From Bacteroidales bacterium (lineage in GTDB: Bacteria; Bacteroidota; Bacteroidia; Bacteroidales; UBA10428), in assembly GCA_016934395.1 (NCBI GenBank), contig JAFGSZ010000057.1, positions 19,421 through 83,420 on the forward strand: 64,000 nt of DNA. The letters are read 5' to 3'. Each line of letters starts with the position of its first letter. Position 1 is the first letter of the stretch. The notes beneath the pieces were generated by a model. That model searched no databases and was not told the DNA's origin. It saw nothing but the letters and a program-made list of their open reading frames with translations. Below are positions 9,027 to 18,869 of this stretch, piece after piece. Position numbers and translations under genes: made by a program.

Positions 9027-11537
9027 ATGAAAAACATGCAGCAATTAAGAGCACCGGTTTTATACCGGCGATTTCTAAAAATATGTATTCTTTTAGTTAT
9101 TATTGTTAATCCGGGATTTTCACAACAACAAAGCCTTAAGATCAATGATCTGGGATATTTTGAAATGCCAGGATTAAATGTTACAGCATTCAGTGATTTT
9201 TATCCAGACGGACATCAGTCTGGTGTAACTATTATACAGCATGGCGTTCGCGTAGCTGCTAACGGTGACCTCCGGCTTGAAACCTCACCCGGACAATGGT
9301 CTGCCATTCCAAAAAACGGAACCCGGATCATAGACACCCTCAACCAGACTATAACCCAAAAATTGTGGTTTCCTGATTCGAGCAGAAACGCTAAAGGGTT
9401 CAATCCTATATATTACCCGGATTTTACCTTTAAATATCAGGTAAATGTAAACGTGTTATCAAACAACACTTTTAGGGTTACTGTTGATCTCGAAAAACCT
9501 CTTCCTGAAGAGTGGGTTGGACAGGTAGGATTTAATTTCGAGCTTTTTCCCGGTGATCTTTTTGGGAAAGCTTTTCTTATGGATAACCAGTCCGGAATTT
9601 TCCCGGCTTTTCCATATGGCCCTTTAAAAGAATATTACGATAATGTTCTGGCTGAACCGCTTGCAGAAGGAAAAAGACTGGTGGTTGCCCCGGAATCTGA
9701 TATGCAAAAAATTACAATTGAATCCCGGTCGGGCCAACTCGAATTATGGGATGGGCGCACCAATCATAATAATGGATGGTATATTCTGCGCAGCCTTATA
9801 CCTGCAAATACAACAAAATCTGCTATAGAATGGGTTATTACTCCAAATGTTGTTCCCGACTGGAAGTATATTCCGATAGTCCATATATCGCAGCTTGGTT
9901 ATAAAAACAATCAGCAAAAAATTGCAATTATTGAGCAGGATAAATCGGATTTTAACGCCGACCAGGTTACATTATTACGTCTTACTCCTGAAGGAAAAAA
10001 AGCCGTAAAAACAAGTAAACCTGAATATTGGGGCAAGTTTCTCAGATACAATTATCTCACATTCGATTTCTCGGAAATAAAAGAACCCGGGATGTATCAG
10101 ATCAGCTATCGTAAACAAACAAGTGCAGTTTTTAAAGTTAGTGATGATGTATACGACCGCAACGCATGGCAACCTACCTTGGAATATTTTCTTCCGGTAC
10201 AAATGTGCCATATGCGCATAAATGAAAAATACAGAGTATGGCATGATCGCTGTCACCTGGACGATGCTTTAATGGCCCCGGTGGATTCTACCTTTTTTGA
10301 TGGATACATGCAAGGTCCATCTACCCTGACTGATTATAAACCTTTTGAACATGTTCCGGAATTAAATGCCGGTGGATGGCACGATGCCGGGGATTATGAC
10401 CTGCGCGTAGAATCGCAAATAGGGACAGTCTGGAAACTGGCTATGATGATTGAAGAGTTTGGGCTGGATTATGATGCCACGCTTATAGACCAGGAAAAAA
10501 AGCTGGTTGAAATACATGTGCCTGATGGCAAATCTGATGCTATTCAACAAGTTGAACACGGCTTATTAACCGTACTTGGAGCTTACCGTTCTATGGGAAG
10601 ATTGTACAGGGGAATTATTTGTCCAACACTCCGGCAATATGTAATGCTTGGTGATGCATCATCAATGACTGATGATCTTATATTTGATCCTTCACTAACA
10701 GAAGATGAAGTAAAAGACGGACACTCAGGTATTCAGGATGACCGGTTGGTATTTACTGAGGTTAATCCCGACAGAGAACTGTACACTGCTGCAGGTTTAG
10801 CTGCCGCTTCAAGAGTTCTTAAAGATTCAAATCCTGAATTATCTGAAGAGTGCCTAACCACATCGCTTGCCCTTTATTATAGTGCAGAAAAGAATGTTCG
10901 TCGAACTTCACGAAAAGTAATGGCCCTTACTGAGTTAATATTAACCACAGACGACAGTAAACTTAAGGAAACGCTGGTTAGTATGAAGGATTCGATTATT
11001 AAAGATATTGACCATAGCGGATGGATTTTGGGACGAGTTATTCACAAAATAGATAATAAAAAGTTTAAAAAAGATATTGCTTTTGCAGTGGCGGCTTACC
11101 AGGCCAGTCTGAATGAAATTGCAAAAGAATCACCTTTCGGAGTTCCCTACAGACCCAATATCTGGGGTGCCGGTTGGATTATCCAGGAATTTGGCCTCGA
11201 ACAATATTTCTTTTATAAAGGATGGCCTGAATCCACAAATCCGGAATTTTTTGTAAATGCACTGAATTTTGTATTAGGAGTTCACCCTGGTGAAAATTCC
11301 GCATCGTTTGCCTCTGGTGTTGGTTCCGAATCTGTTAAAGTGGCATATGGCGTAAATCGCGCCGACTGGTCATTTATTCCGGGTGGCGTTGTTTCAGGTA
11401 CCGCACTTATCCGTCCTGATCTTCCTGAGTTAAAAATATGGCCGTTCTTCTGGCAGCAAACTGAATATGTATTAGGCGGCGGGGCTACCAATTATATGTT
11501 CCTGGTACTAGCAGTTGATAACTGGATAAAACAATAA
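9027..11537 (+). CDS. GH9 family endoglucanase with an N-terminal Ig-like (CelD_N-type) domain
   Basis: The GGWHDAGDYDLRV motif typical of GH9, a C-terminal (alpha/alpha)6-type region and a signal peptide. No T9SS CTD seen. Confidence 0.8.
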   Translation: MKNMQQLRAPVLYRRFLKICILLVIIVNPGFSQQQSLKINDLGYFEMPGLNVTAFSDFYPDGHQSGVTIIQHGVRVAANGDLRLETSPGQWSAIPKNGTRIIDTLNQTITQKLWFPDSSRNAKGFNPIYYPDFTFKYQVNVNVLSNNTFRVTVDLEKPLPEEWVGQVGFNFELFPGDLFGKAFLMDNQSGIFPAFPYGPLKEYYDNVLAEPLAEGKRLVVAPESDMQKITIESRSGQLELWDGRTNHNNGWYILRSLIPANTTKSAIEWVITPNVVPDWKYIPIVHISQLGYKNNQQKIAIIEQDKSDFNADQVTLLRLTPEGKKAVKTSKPEYWGKFLRYNYLTFDFSEIKEPGMYQISYRKQTSAVFKVSDDVYDRNAWQPTLEYFLPVQMCHMRINEKYRVWHDRCHLDDALMAPVDSTFFDGYMQGPSTLTDYKPFEHVPELNAGGWHDAGDYDLRVESQIGTVWKLAMMIEEFGLDYDATLIDQEKKLVEIHVPDGKSDAIQQVEHGLLTVLGAYRSMGRLYRGIICPTLRQYVMLGDASSMTDDLIFDPSLTEDEVKDGHSGIQDDRLVFTEVNPDRELYTAAGLAAASRVLKDSNPELSEECLTTSLALYYSAEKNVRRTSRKVMALTELILTTDDSKLKETLVSMKDSIIKDIDHSGWILGRVIHKIDNKKFKKDIAFAVAAYQASLNEIAKESPFGVPYRPNIWGAGWIIQEFGLEQYFFYKGWPESTNPEFFVNALNFVLGVHPGENSASFASGVGSESVKVAYGVNRADWSFIPGGVVSGTALIRPDLPELKIWPFFWQQTEYVLGGGATNYMFLVLAVDNWIKQ

Positions 11538-11566
11538 TATTTATACGCCGGGATTAATACAATAAA

Positions 11567-11821
11567 ATGAACTGGATTACAATAATTGGCCTTGTTGCCG
11601 CATCGTGCACAACAATATCATTTTTACCCCAGGCAGTTAAAATTATTAAAACAAAACATACCAAGGACTTGTCCCTTGGTATGTATATTTTGTTTTCAGC
11701 CGGGGTATTATTTTGGTTGTTATACGGAATTCTGACGAAGGATCTGCCGGTATTGCTTGCAAACGCTATAACTCTTTCATTATCGGTGGTTATATTGTTC
11801 TTTAAAATAAAATACAAGTAG
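11567..11821 (+). CDS. SemiSWEET (PQ-loop) sugar transporter
   Basis: An 84-aa protein with three TM helices and the PQ motif (SFLPQAVKIIKTK). Size and topology are typical of bacterial SemiSWEETs. Confidence 0.85.
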   Translation: MNWITIIGLVAASCTTISFLPQAVKIIKTKHTKDLSLGMYILFSAGVLFWLLYGILTKDLPVLLANAITLSLSVVILFFKIKYK

Positions 11822-11907
11822 TCTGATATATAAATTTAATAATCTCAAGATTACAAGTATTTAATCGTATTATATTTCGGTAATAATTAAATAGATTTCC
11901 GGTACAG

Positions 11908-14900
11908 CTACCAATTTCTATTTAGTATTCGAAGTATCCTTCGGTTAAAGCGATTAATTTTAATACTTTCAATATAACTAATAAGCTTTTTAAGTAGATC
12001 AAAATATAAAACTACATATAACAATCCCGTATATAACCATATTATAATCATATTAAACCAGGTAGTATCAATAAGCAAATTGCCGGTCCGTTTTACCGGG
12101 GCATAAAACTGTGCCCGGCCATACCTTGATTCCGGAATCTGATAAATGGGTTCTTTGAGTCGAATAAATTCGTTATCGGTAATTATATATTCCAATAATT
12201 CATTTTCGTTAAGCACTACTTCTGCCAGCTGTTTATTATAATATCTATTTTTAAATTCCAGAAAATTATCTTTACCTCCGAATTTTTGAATTAATGCATT
12301 ATATTTTGCCTCTTTTTCACGGAGGGCGCTTAAGTAAACTTTCTGAAAATAAATATCTGAGGCATCCAGACAGCTATTAATTAGATTAATAGAAGTTTCG
12401 TTGAATGTCTCCAAGCTTGATATTTCTTCAATGAAAATTTTTTGATCCGGAACCTCTTTACAAATTTTTTGAATTTCGTTTTTAACTATCCGAATATTCT
12501 TATCTGTCATATCTTTATTTTCATTGGACATAGTATTGGTCTTTATTTCATCCACCAATGTCCGTAGTCCCGGAATTAGATAGGTACGGTAATAAATTGC
12601 TTTATGAGATTCCTGTTCAATCCCGAAAAAATAATTCTCAAATTTGTTTCTCTTAAACTGGGCTACCGCCAAACCTTCATAAGACCAGCGTGAGGTAATC
12701 ACGTCACCAATAAGAGGTACATGTTTTTCGGATTTAATCCTGTCATTAATATTATTAAAATTTACTACCACTCCGCTAAAAATCAATTGTGGCACCAAAA
12801 TAAGAGGGATTAAGATATAAATAGTAATTACAGAGTTAAATCCGGATGATATATTCAACCCAAGCATATTGGCCCAGCATGCTGTAGTAAACAAAATAAG
12901 AAAATACCGGAGTTCCATTCCCCTGATCTCAAGAATATAATTTCCCACAAGCACAAACGAAAGGGATTGAATTGCTGATAGTAAAAACAACAGGGCGATT
13001 TTCGAATTTAAATAACTAAACCGGCTCAGATTCAGGAATTTTTCACGGTTAAGTATTTTCCGGTCTTTATAAATTTCTTCGGCGCTGATTACGAGTCCCA
13101 GAAATAAGGATACGATTACAGCCATAAACAGATAGGCCGGTATATTCACATTATCAATAAAAGAATATACATCGGTGCGGCCGTGAATATTTCTTGAACT
13201 TTTTGTAAAAAATGCAAGAATAAGGGCTAATACCGGAGCCTCCAGCAAGTTTATCAGCAGATATTGCCTATTGGCCAGTTTTGAAAGTATATCGCGGGTG
13301 AAAAAAACCTTAAATTGTTGCCATTTATTAGGAATACTAAAATTACTTTTAGGAATAACAGGTTCAAATGGACGTTTAATCTTCTGGATTTCGGGATCAA
13401 ACTTATCCATATACATTTTATACCATTCTTCCGGACTTGTTTTCCGGGTCCTGGTTAAGCTGCCATTTACGTCCACCATCCGTACCTCAACATTTCGTAA
13501 AATCTGGTCAGGATTAATGTTACCGCATGTAAGGCATTCCGTTTCGGTAGCATCAACATACTGGTTAACCTTTTTAAAATATTGAATGGCATCCAGGGGA
13601 TTACCATAAAAAATTACACGTCCACCCTGGTCAATCACAAGCAGTTTGTCGAGCAATTTAAAAATATCCGAAGAAGGCTGATGAATAATCGTTATAACCA
13701 GTTTACCCTTTAGGGTCTGCCGCTTTAATAAGGTCATTACTTTTTCAGAATCCATGGAAGACAACCCGGAAATAGGCTCATCAATAAGAAGAATAGAGGG
13801 CTCGCGCATAAGCTCGAGGGCAATGTTCAGCCGCTTTCGCTGACCACCGCTAAGAAAGGTATTCTGTTCATCACCCACTTTCAGGTTTTTTGCTTCAACA
13901 AGATCAAAATTTATAAGAGAATCATTTACGACCTTATCGAGCTGTTCTTCTGAATAATTACTGAAACTTAACCTGGCATTATAATACAGGTTTTGATAAA
14001 CTGTTAATTGTTTTAATAAAAAGTCCTCCTGCGGAACATATCCGATTACGCCTTTAAGTTGTTCCCGGTTCTCGTGGATATCAAAACCGTTAATTTCAAT
14101 CCGACCCCGCCTGGGTTTAAGATTCCCATTCAGAACTTTTAGCAATGTAGATTTACCGGAACCGCTTCCGCCTATAATCCCAATTAATCTCCCGGATTCT
14201 TCCGTAAAGTTAAAGCGCTTTATACCAAACCGGCTTTGAGGATATGTATATTCAATGTTACTGGCAGTATACACAAATTTTGTTTTAGCCTCTTCCTGAA
14301 TAAACCTTCCGGCAACCCAGATATAATAGATGGAGCCAAATCGGGGGCTTTTAATCACAGATCCATTTGACCATATGTACGACCGGTTTGGTTTTACGAG
14401 ATGGCCATTCAGTAATAAACTTTCGTTTCCATAATACCGAAATACAAATGTAGATGCACTCTTAATATGAAGGACTTCGATTCGACCTTCCATTTTTGGA
14501 ATGGTCAGATGTTTTATTTTTGATGCACGCGCTGCTTCATACGTATCGATGATTAACAGGTTTTCTTTCTTTTTTATTTCATCAATCTTTCCGAAAGTAA
14601 ATAACCTAGTCTGAATAAATTCTTCCTCATTAATTTTAAGGTTTCTGGCCACTGAGGTTATAAATATTAATTCAGATTCTGTAATATCTTCTCCGCGATT
14701 AATAAAATCGAGTAAATGTACCAGTACAATTATTTTTTGCTTATGATAAAGTTCTTCATTCAACTGGTCACAAAGTTCGTTTACCCTCCGGGTATTATGT
14801 GAATCCTGTTTTTTAATGTCTTCTTCATTTCCCTGGCTGAAATCGGGATGATAATGACGTACATGGTGATCAAAAAAACCCATGTATTTATCCACCAGTT

Positions 14901-15027
14901 CATTGCTGAATTGGCGGCTTAAATATTCAATTACGACATCTCTTTCATTTTTCGATGTTCCTTCTTCGGAAACATCGGCCACAATTGCAAATAACCGCAT
15001 TAGCGCTTCCAGGATGGATTCATTCAT
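11908..15027 (-). CDS. Fused ABC transporter (ATPase + ABC-2/ABCG-type permease) with a ~280-aa N-terminal accessory region
   Basis: Walker A GIIGGSGSGKSTLL, signature LSGGQRKRLNIA, Walker B ILLIDEP, then about 6 TM helices. The N-terminal region is not an ABC domain (possibly FHA-like or TerB-like, unverified). Confidence 0.85.
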   Translation of the reverse strand: MNESILEALMRLFAIVADVSEEGTSKNERDVVIEYLSRQFSNELVDKYMGFFDHHVRHYHPDFSQGNEEDIKKQDSHNTRRVNELCDQLNEELYHKQKIIVLVHLLDFINRGEDITESELIFITSVARNLKINEEEFIQTRLFTFGKIDEIKKKENLLIIDTYEAARASKIKHLTIPKMEGRIEVLHIKSASTFVFRYYGNESLLLNGHLVKPNRSYIWSNGSVIKSPRFGSIYYIWVAGRFIQEEAKTKFVYTASNIEYTYPQSRFGIKRFNFTEESGRLIGIIGGSGSGKSTLLKVLNGNLKPRRGRIEINGFDIHENREQLKGVIGYVPQEDFLLKQLTVYQNLYYNARLSFSNYSEEQLDKVVNDSLINFDLVEAKNLKVGDEQNTFLSGGQRKRLNIALELMREPSILLIDEPISGLSSMDSEKVMTLLKRQTLKGKLVITIIHQPSSDIFKLLDKLLVIDQGGRVIFYGNPLDAIQYFKKVNQYVDATETECLTCGNINPDQILRNVEVRMVDVNGSLTRTRKTSPEEWYKMYMDKFDPEIQKIKRPFEPVIPKSNFSIPNKWQQFKVFFTRDILSKLANRQYLLINLLEAPVLALILAFFTKSSRNIHGRTDVYSFIDNVNIPAYLFMAVIVSLFLGLVISAEEIYKDRKILNREKFLNLSRFSYLNSKIALLFLLSAIQSLSFVLVGNYILEIRGMELRYFLILFTTACWANMLGLNISSGFNSVITIYILIPLILVPQLIFSGVVVNFNNINDRIKSEKHVPLIGDVITSRWSYEGLAVAQFKRNKFENYFFGIEQESHKAIYYRTYLIPGLRTLVDEIKTNTMSNENKDMTDKNIRIVKNEIQKICKEVPDQKIFIEEISSLETFNETSINLINSCLDASDIYFQKVYLSALREKEAKYNALIQKFGGKDNFLEFKNRYYNKQLAEVVLNENELLEYIITDNEFIRLKEPIYQIPESRYGRAQFYAPVKRTGNLLIDTTWFNMIIIWLYTGLLYVVLYFDLLKKLISYIESIKINRFNRRILRILNRNW

Positions 15028-15059
15028 CTTTTAAAGTTTAAATGAAAAAGGATATTTAT

Positions 15060-15092
15060 GAAAATAGCTCCATCAATAATGAAGGAGCTATT
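15060..15092 (-). terminator. Putative terminator of the lipoprotein gene
   Basis: ATAGCTCC (15064-15071) pairs with GGAGCTAT (15084-15091), with a T-run on the minus strand. It lies just downstream of the stop at 15115. Confidence 0.4.
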
Positions 15093-15114
15093 CGGAAAAA
15101 TTATTAATATATCG

Positions 15115-15951
15115 TTATGAAATTATGCTGCTTCTAATAGTTTCAATTGTTGAAGTAATTTTATATAACTGATCATTCGTTAAACTACTACCGGCTTCAT
15201 CATACAATACTTTTAGTTTTTTAAGCGCTTCAGCAATATCAATAACCACTTCTGTGTCTCCAAATCTATCCAGTACCTCAATAACTTTTTCCAAAGACGA
15301 CTTCTGATCATAAATCAATTTCACCATTTCGTAGTTATTAAAGGTATCTTCTGATATATGAGTGGCAATAAATAAACCCTCAATCCATACTCCTGAAATC
15401 ATTAAAGCTGATAAGGCCGGATCGCTTTTTTTATTAAAAAACGAATAGGTGTCATATACAATATTGGTTACCATGCTTACCAGGGAATCTTTATTTTCAA
15501 AAGTTTCCTTTGATTCACTATTCAGATATTCCACAAAATCAACATCAATACCCAAATCATCAATAATTGATTTTAGCGCACCGGAATACATTTTTACTTC
15601 CTGCGATTTATTGTAGGTAGCTGCATAGCTTAAATCTGCCGTATAAACACCCATAGCCAGTGCTTTACTTTTTTCAGTAAAATAACGGCTTACATTTTCA
15701 GCAGGATTCAAAACTTTCCCAACATAAATAGCACCAATGTCATCAAGCTTATTGTTCAATTCAAATGGTGAAGGTAAGGGATAAATAATCTCCTCGACGT
15801 CTGATTTTATTTCTTCTTTATTAAGCAACTCGCCTGTTCCCTCTTGCGAGGTAGTGGTTGAACTTCGTTTACACCCTGAAATAGCGAGAATACCAAAAAT
15901 TGCTACTAAAGCAAACAGAACTTTTAAATGTTTAATTTCTTTCACGGTCAT
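15115..15951 (-). CDS. Lipoprotein of unknown function (paralog of 24433-25341)
   Basis: Lipobox LAISGC. Full-length similarity to the 24433-25341 product (e.g. GVYTADLSYA vs GVYAVDLSYA; NKDSLVSM vs DKDSLIII; SGVWIEGLFIA vs GGWVEAVYIA). Confidence 0.6.
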   Translation of the reverse strand: MTVKEIKHLKVLFALVAIFGILAISGCKRSSTTTSQEGTGELLNKEEIKSDVEEIIYPLPSPFELNNKLDDIGAIYVGKVLNPAENVSRYFTEKSKALAMGVYTADLSYAATYNKSQEVKMYSGALKSIIDDLGIDVDFVEYLNSESKETFENKDSLVSMVTNIVYDTYSFFNKKSDPALSALMISGVWIEGLFIATHISEDTFNNYEMVKLIYDQKSSLEKVIEVLDRFGDTEVVIDIAEALKKLKVLYDEAGSSLTNDQLYKITSTIETIRSSIIS

Positions 15952-16198
15952 ATAATTTTGATAGTGTTATTTGCTGCAAATATACAACTAACTAAGATTT
16001 AAAAGAATTTTTAAGCTTACATATTTCCACTTTTAATTAACAGTTAACATTAGTTAAACATTACGAAAATAAAAATTGTTGTGCCGGAAGCAAATTAGTC
16101 TTATAAAACAAAGTTATTTATGTATAACCCGGTAACTGATTAAATAGCTTAATGTCCAGGGTAACTATTCATTTATTTTTGTATTATTTTTTAATAAT

Positions 16199-17293
16199 CT
16201 ATTTATCTTTTTTTTCTGATGACTCAGGAATAATGACTACCCGGGATTTCGGCAAACTTTCAGGGTAATTTTTTTGGAGAAATAAAATTATGTTTTCCCT
16301 GATATACACCCGCAGATTCCATGCTGTGGATGAATCTGCCGCGCTCATTAATGCTCTTATCTCAACCGTTTTTTCAGTGGCATTGGTAACCTGCAGAACA
16401 TTTACTTTTTTATCCCAAAGCTCTGTGATATTCAGGAGTCGTGTCAGTTCATTTCTTAAAGCATCAAAAGGCACCGTGTAATCAGTATAAATAAATACCG
16501 TTCCCAGAATTTCAGCAGAAGTACGCGTCCAATTCTGAAATGGATGTTCAATAAAATAGGTAGTAGGCAATATCAATCGCCGTTTGTCCCAAATCTGCAC
16601 TACTACATAGGTAAGATTTATTTCTTCAATGCGTCCCCATTCATTTTCAACCACAACTACATCATCGATGCGTATTGGCTGTGTGAGTGCCAACTGGAAT
16701 CCTGCCAGTACCGAACCAATAATTTTCTGCGCCGCAAGTCCAAGAATAATACCGGTTACACCGGCAGAAGCAATCAAACTTATTCCGATTTTACGAATCC
16801 CGTCAAAGGTCATTAAACTAAGAGCTATTGCAATAACAATTATAACAAACACAAGAATCCGTTCAATAATTCTGAATTGGGTATATACTTTCCGGGCTTT
16901 CAGGTTGTCTTTTTGGTCAAGGTCATATTGTTTTAAAACCAGAAACTTAAATAAGCCTACTACCCTGATCAGAATCCATGAAAAAAGCGCAATAGTTGAT
17001 AATACCATAATCTTTCCTGCCGGATTGGTTAGTGTCTCAGAAATTTCAAAAAACGTGGCCGGTAAAACAACGGATATTATCAGCATTAACAATATCAGAG
17101 GTGTTCTGAATAACTTTCTGATCCTGGTAATAATTGTGAACTCAGAGCGTTTTTCGATCTTTTTTAAGATGCGGGTGAAAATAAAATAAATGCTTAGAAA
17201 AATTACAAATACAGCCGAAGCGGTAATAATGTATTGTAATAATTCGCCGATTTTTTCTGAATATTCATTTGTAAATATTTTATCAATTATCAT
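16199..17293 (-). CDS. MscS-family mechanosensitive channel
   Basis: TM helices followed by the MscS beta-domain motif GIILGLAAQKIIGSVLAGFQLALTQPIRIDDVV...GRIEEINLTYVVV. The ATG at 17293 (MIIDKIF) is preferred over the TTG at 17353 given in the ORF track. Confidence 0.85.
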   Translation of the reverse strand: MIIDKIFTNEYSEKIGELLQYIITASAVFVIFLSIYFIFTRILKKIEKRSEFTIITRIRKLFRTPLILLMLIISVVLPATFFEISETLTNPAGKIMVLSTIALFSWILIRVVGLFKFLVLKQYDLDQKDNLKARKVYTQFRIIERILVFVIIVIAIALSLMTFDGIRKIGISLIASAGVTGIILGLAAQKIIGSVLAGFQLALTQPIRIDDVVVVENEWGRIEEINLTYVVVQIWDKRRLILPTTYFIEHPFQNWTRTSAEILGTVFIYTDYTVPFDALRNELTRLLNITELWDKKVNVLQVTNATEKTVEIRALMSAADSSTAWNLRVYIRENIILFLQKNYPESLPKSRVVIIPESSEKKDK

Positions 17294-17388
17294 AGGTATG
17301 GATTTTAGTTCTGGTAAGTAAACAAAGATATTACACTCCGGCCATTCTACCAACCCTGTGGAAATATCAAACTTTGAAATGTTTTATG

Positions 17389-17396
17389 TATTTTTG
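17389..17396 (+). promoter_or_regulatory. Candidate -7 promoter box (TAnnTTTG) for the aspartase-like/hydF/hydE unit
   Basis: TATTTTTG lies 22 nt upstream of the ATG at 17418. This is a motif match only. Confidence 0.3.
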
Positions 17397-17417
17397 CACA
17401 TTCACAGAAGCCTTTAT

Positions 17418-18869
17418 ATGCGCAAAGAAACAGATTTTATCGGTACAATTGAGATTCCTCAATCTTCCTTATTTGGTATTCATTCTGTAAGGGCGCAAAA
17501 TAATTTTCCCGATAAATCACCCTTTCTTATTGAATGGTATAAAGCTGTAGGATCTGTTAAAAAAGCCTGCTACCTTACTGCTGAAATATTTTTCAGGGAA
17601 GTTGAGACTAATTATCCGGATAAAAGTTTGCCTTTAAGGCAGATTGATGAAAAAATTCTGGAATCATTAATTTTATCTGCTGAAGATGTTGAAACCGGGA
17701 AATGGTTCGATCATTTTATTGTTCCGGCAATACAGGGAGGTGCAGGTACCAGTATTAATATGAATATCAATGAAATTATTGCTAACGCATCCCTTCTAAA
17801 GATGAACAAACAGCCGGGCGATTATCATTTCATTGATCCCGTTGAACATGCAAATATTTTCCAGTCCACAAATGATGTAATCCCCACTTCACTCAAATTG
17901 GCCACAATAAGGTTACTCACAGAGCTTGAGGAATCCATAAACCGGTTACGGCAAAGTGTGGAAAAGCTTGAGGGTAATTACCGGAACATTCTTCGGATAG
18001 GATACACGCAAATGCAGGAAGCCGTGCCAACCTCATATGGCAGGTTATTTGGATCGTATAGTGAAGCCCTGTCGCGTGACTGGTGGAGAGTATCAAAATG
18101 TTTTGAACGTATTAAAGTGGTAAACCTGGGGGGTAGCGCTATAGGGACCGGAATCACGGTTCCCCGTTATTTTATCATGAATGTAGTGCCTGCCCTGCAA
18201 AAGATTACAGACCTCCCACTTACACGTGGAGAAAACCTGGCTGATATTACCAGTAATTTAGATGCTTTTGTTGAGGTACATGCCATTCTTAAAACTCATG
18301 CAGTAAACCTCGAAAAGATGGTAAATGATCTTCGGCTTTTATCATCTGATTTGGTTCAGCCGGGTGAATTAAAAATTCCACAGAAACAAGTGGGCAGTTC
18401 CATTATGCCTGGAAAAGTTAATCCTGTAATTCCTGAGTTTGTTATAAGCGCTGCCCATAAAATTTATACCAACGATACGCTTATAACTTCGCTTTGTGCC
18501 CAGGGATGTCTGGAATTAAATGCCTATATACCGGTTATCGGCCACGCTCTGCTGGAAAGCATTAAATTACTCATAGCCTGTAATTTTACAATTTATGAAA
18601 ACCTGCTTTCCGGAATTGTTATCAGTGAAAGCACGGCGGCAAATAACCTGTTGGGCAGTCCGGTATTAACAACCTCGCTCCTTCCCTATATCGGATATCA
18701 TAAAGCTTCTGAGATGGCCCGTTTAATGAAAGAAAAAAAAATTGATATTTTTGCCGCTAATAAAGAATTGAATTATATTCCCGAAGCAAAGCTTAAAAAA
18801 ATACTCGAACCCCAACAATTACTTTCAGGCGGATTTTCAGTTCAGGATATCTTACAAAATGATGAATAA
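17418..18869 (+). CDS. aspA: Aspartate ammonia-lyase (aspartase/fumarase class II superfamily)
   Basis: N-terminus KETDFIGTIEIP...NFP, GAGTSINMNINEIIAN, and the signature GSSIMPGKVNPVIPE. The ATG at 17418 is preferred over the GTG at 17358. The stop overlaps the hydF start by 11 nt. Confidence 0.85.
   Translation: MRKETDFIGTIEIPQSSLFGIHSVRAQNNFPDKSPFLIEWYKAVGSVKKACYLTAEIFFREVETNYPDKSLPLRQIDEKILESLILSAEDVETGKWFDHFIVPAIQGGAGTSINMNINEIIANASLLKMNKQPGDYHFIDPVEHANIFQSTNDVIPTSLKLATIRLLTELEESINRLRQSVEKLEGNYRNILRIGYTQMQEAVPTSYGRLFGSYSEALSRDWWRVSKCFERIKVVNLGGSAIGTGITVPRYFIMNVVPALQKITDLPLTRGENLADITSNLDAFVEVHAILKTHAVNLEKMVNDLRLLSSDLVQPGELKIPQKQVGSSIMPGKVNPVIPEFVISAAHKIYTNDTLITSLCAQGCLELNAYIPVIGHALLESIKLLIACNFTIYENLLSGIVISESTAANNLLGSPVLTTSLLPYIGYHKASEMARLMKEKKIDIFAANKELNYIPEAKLKKILEPQQLLSGGFSVQDILQNDE

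Noticed and set aside
11554-11817. 87-aa minus-strand ORF overlapping the SemiSWEET gene
   Set aside because: The + strand frame gives a three-TM PQ-loop protein. The minus frame has no TM pattern or motif.
16629-17189. 186-aa + strand ORF (with the overlapping 16544-16816 ORF)
   Set aside because: It lies entirely antisense to the MscS gene, which has clear family motifs. The product is low-complexity (S/T/I/R-rich) with no recognisable domain. It is a shadow ORF typical of AT-rich DNA.
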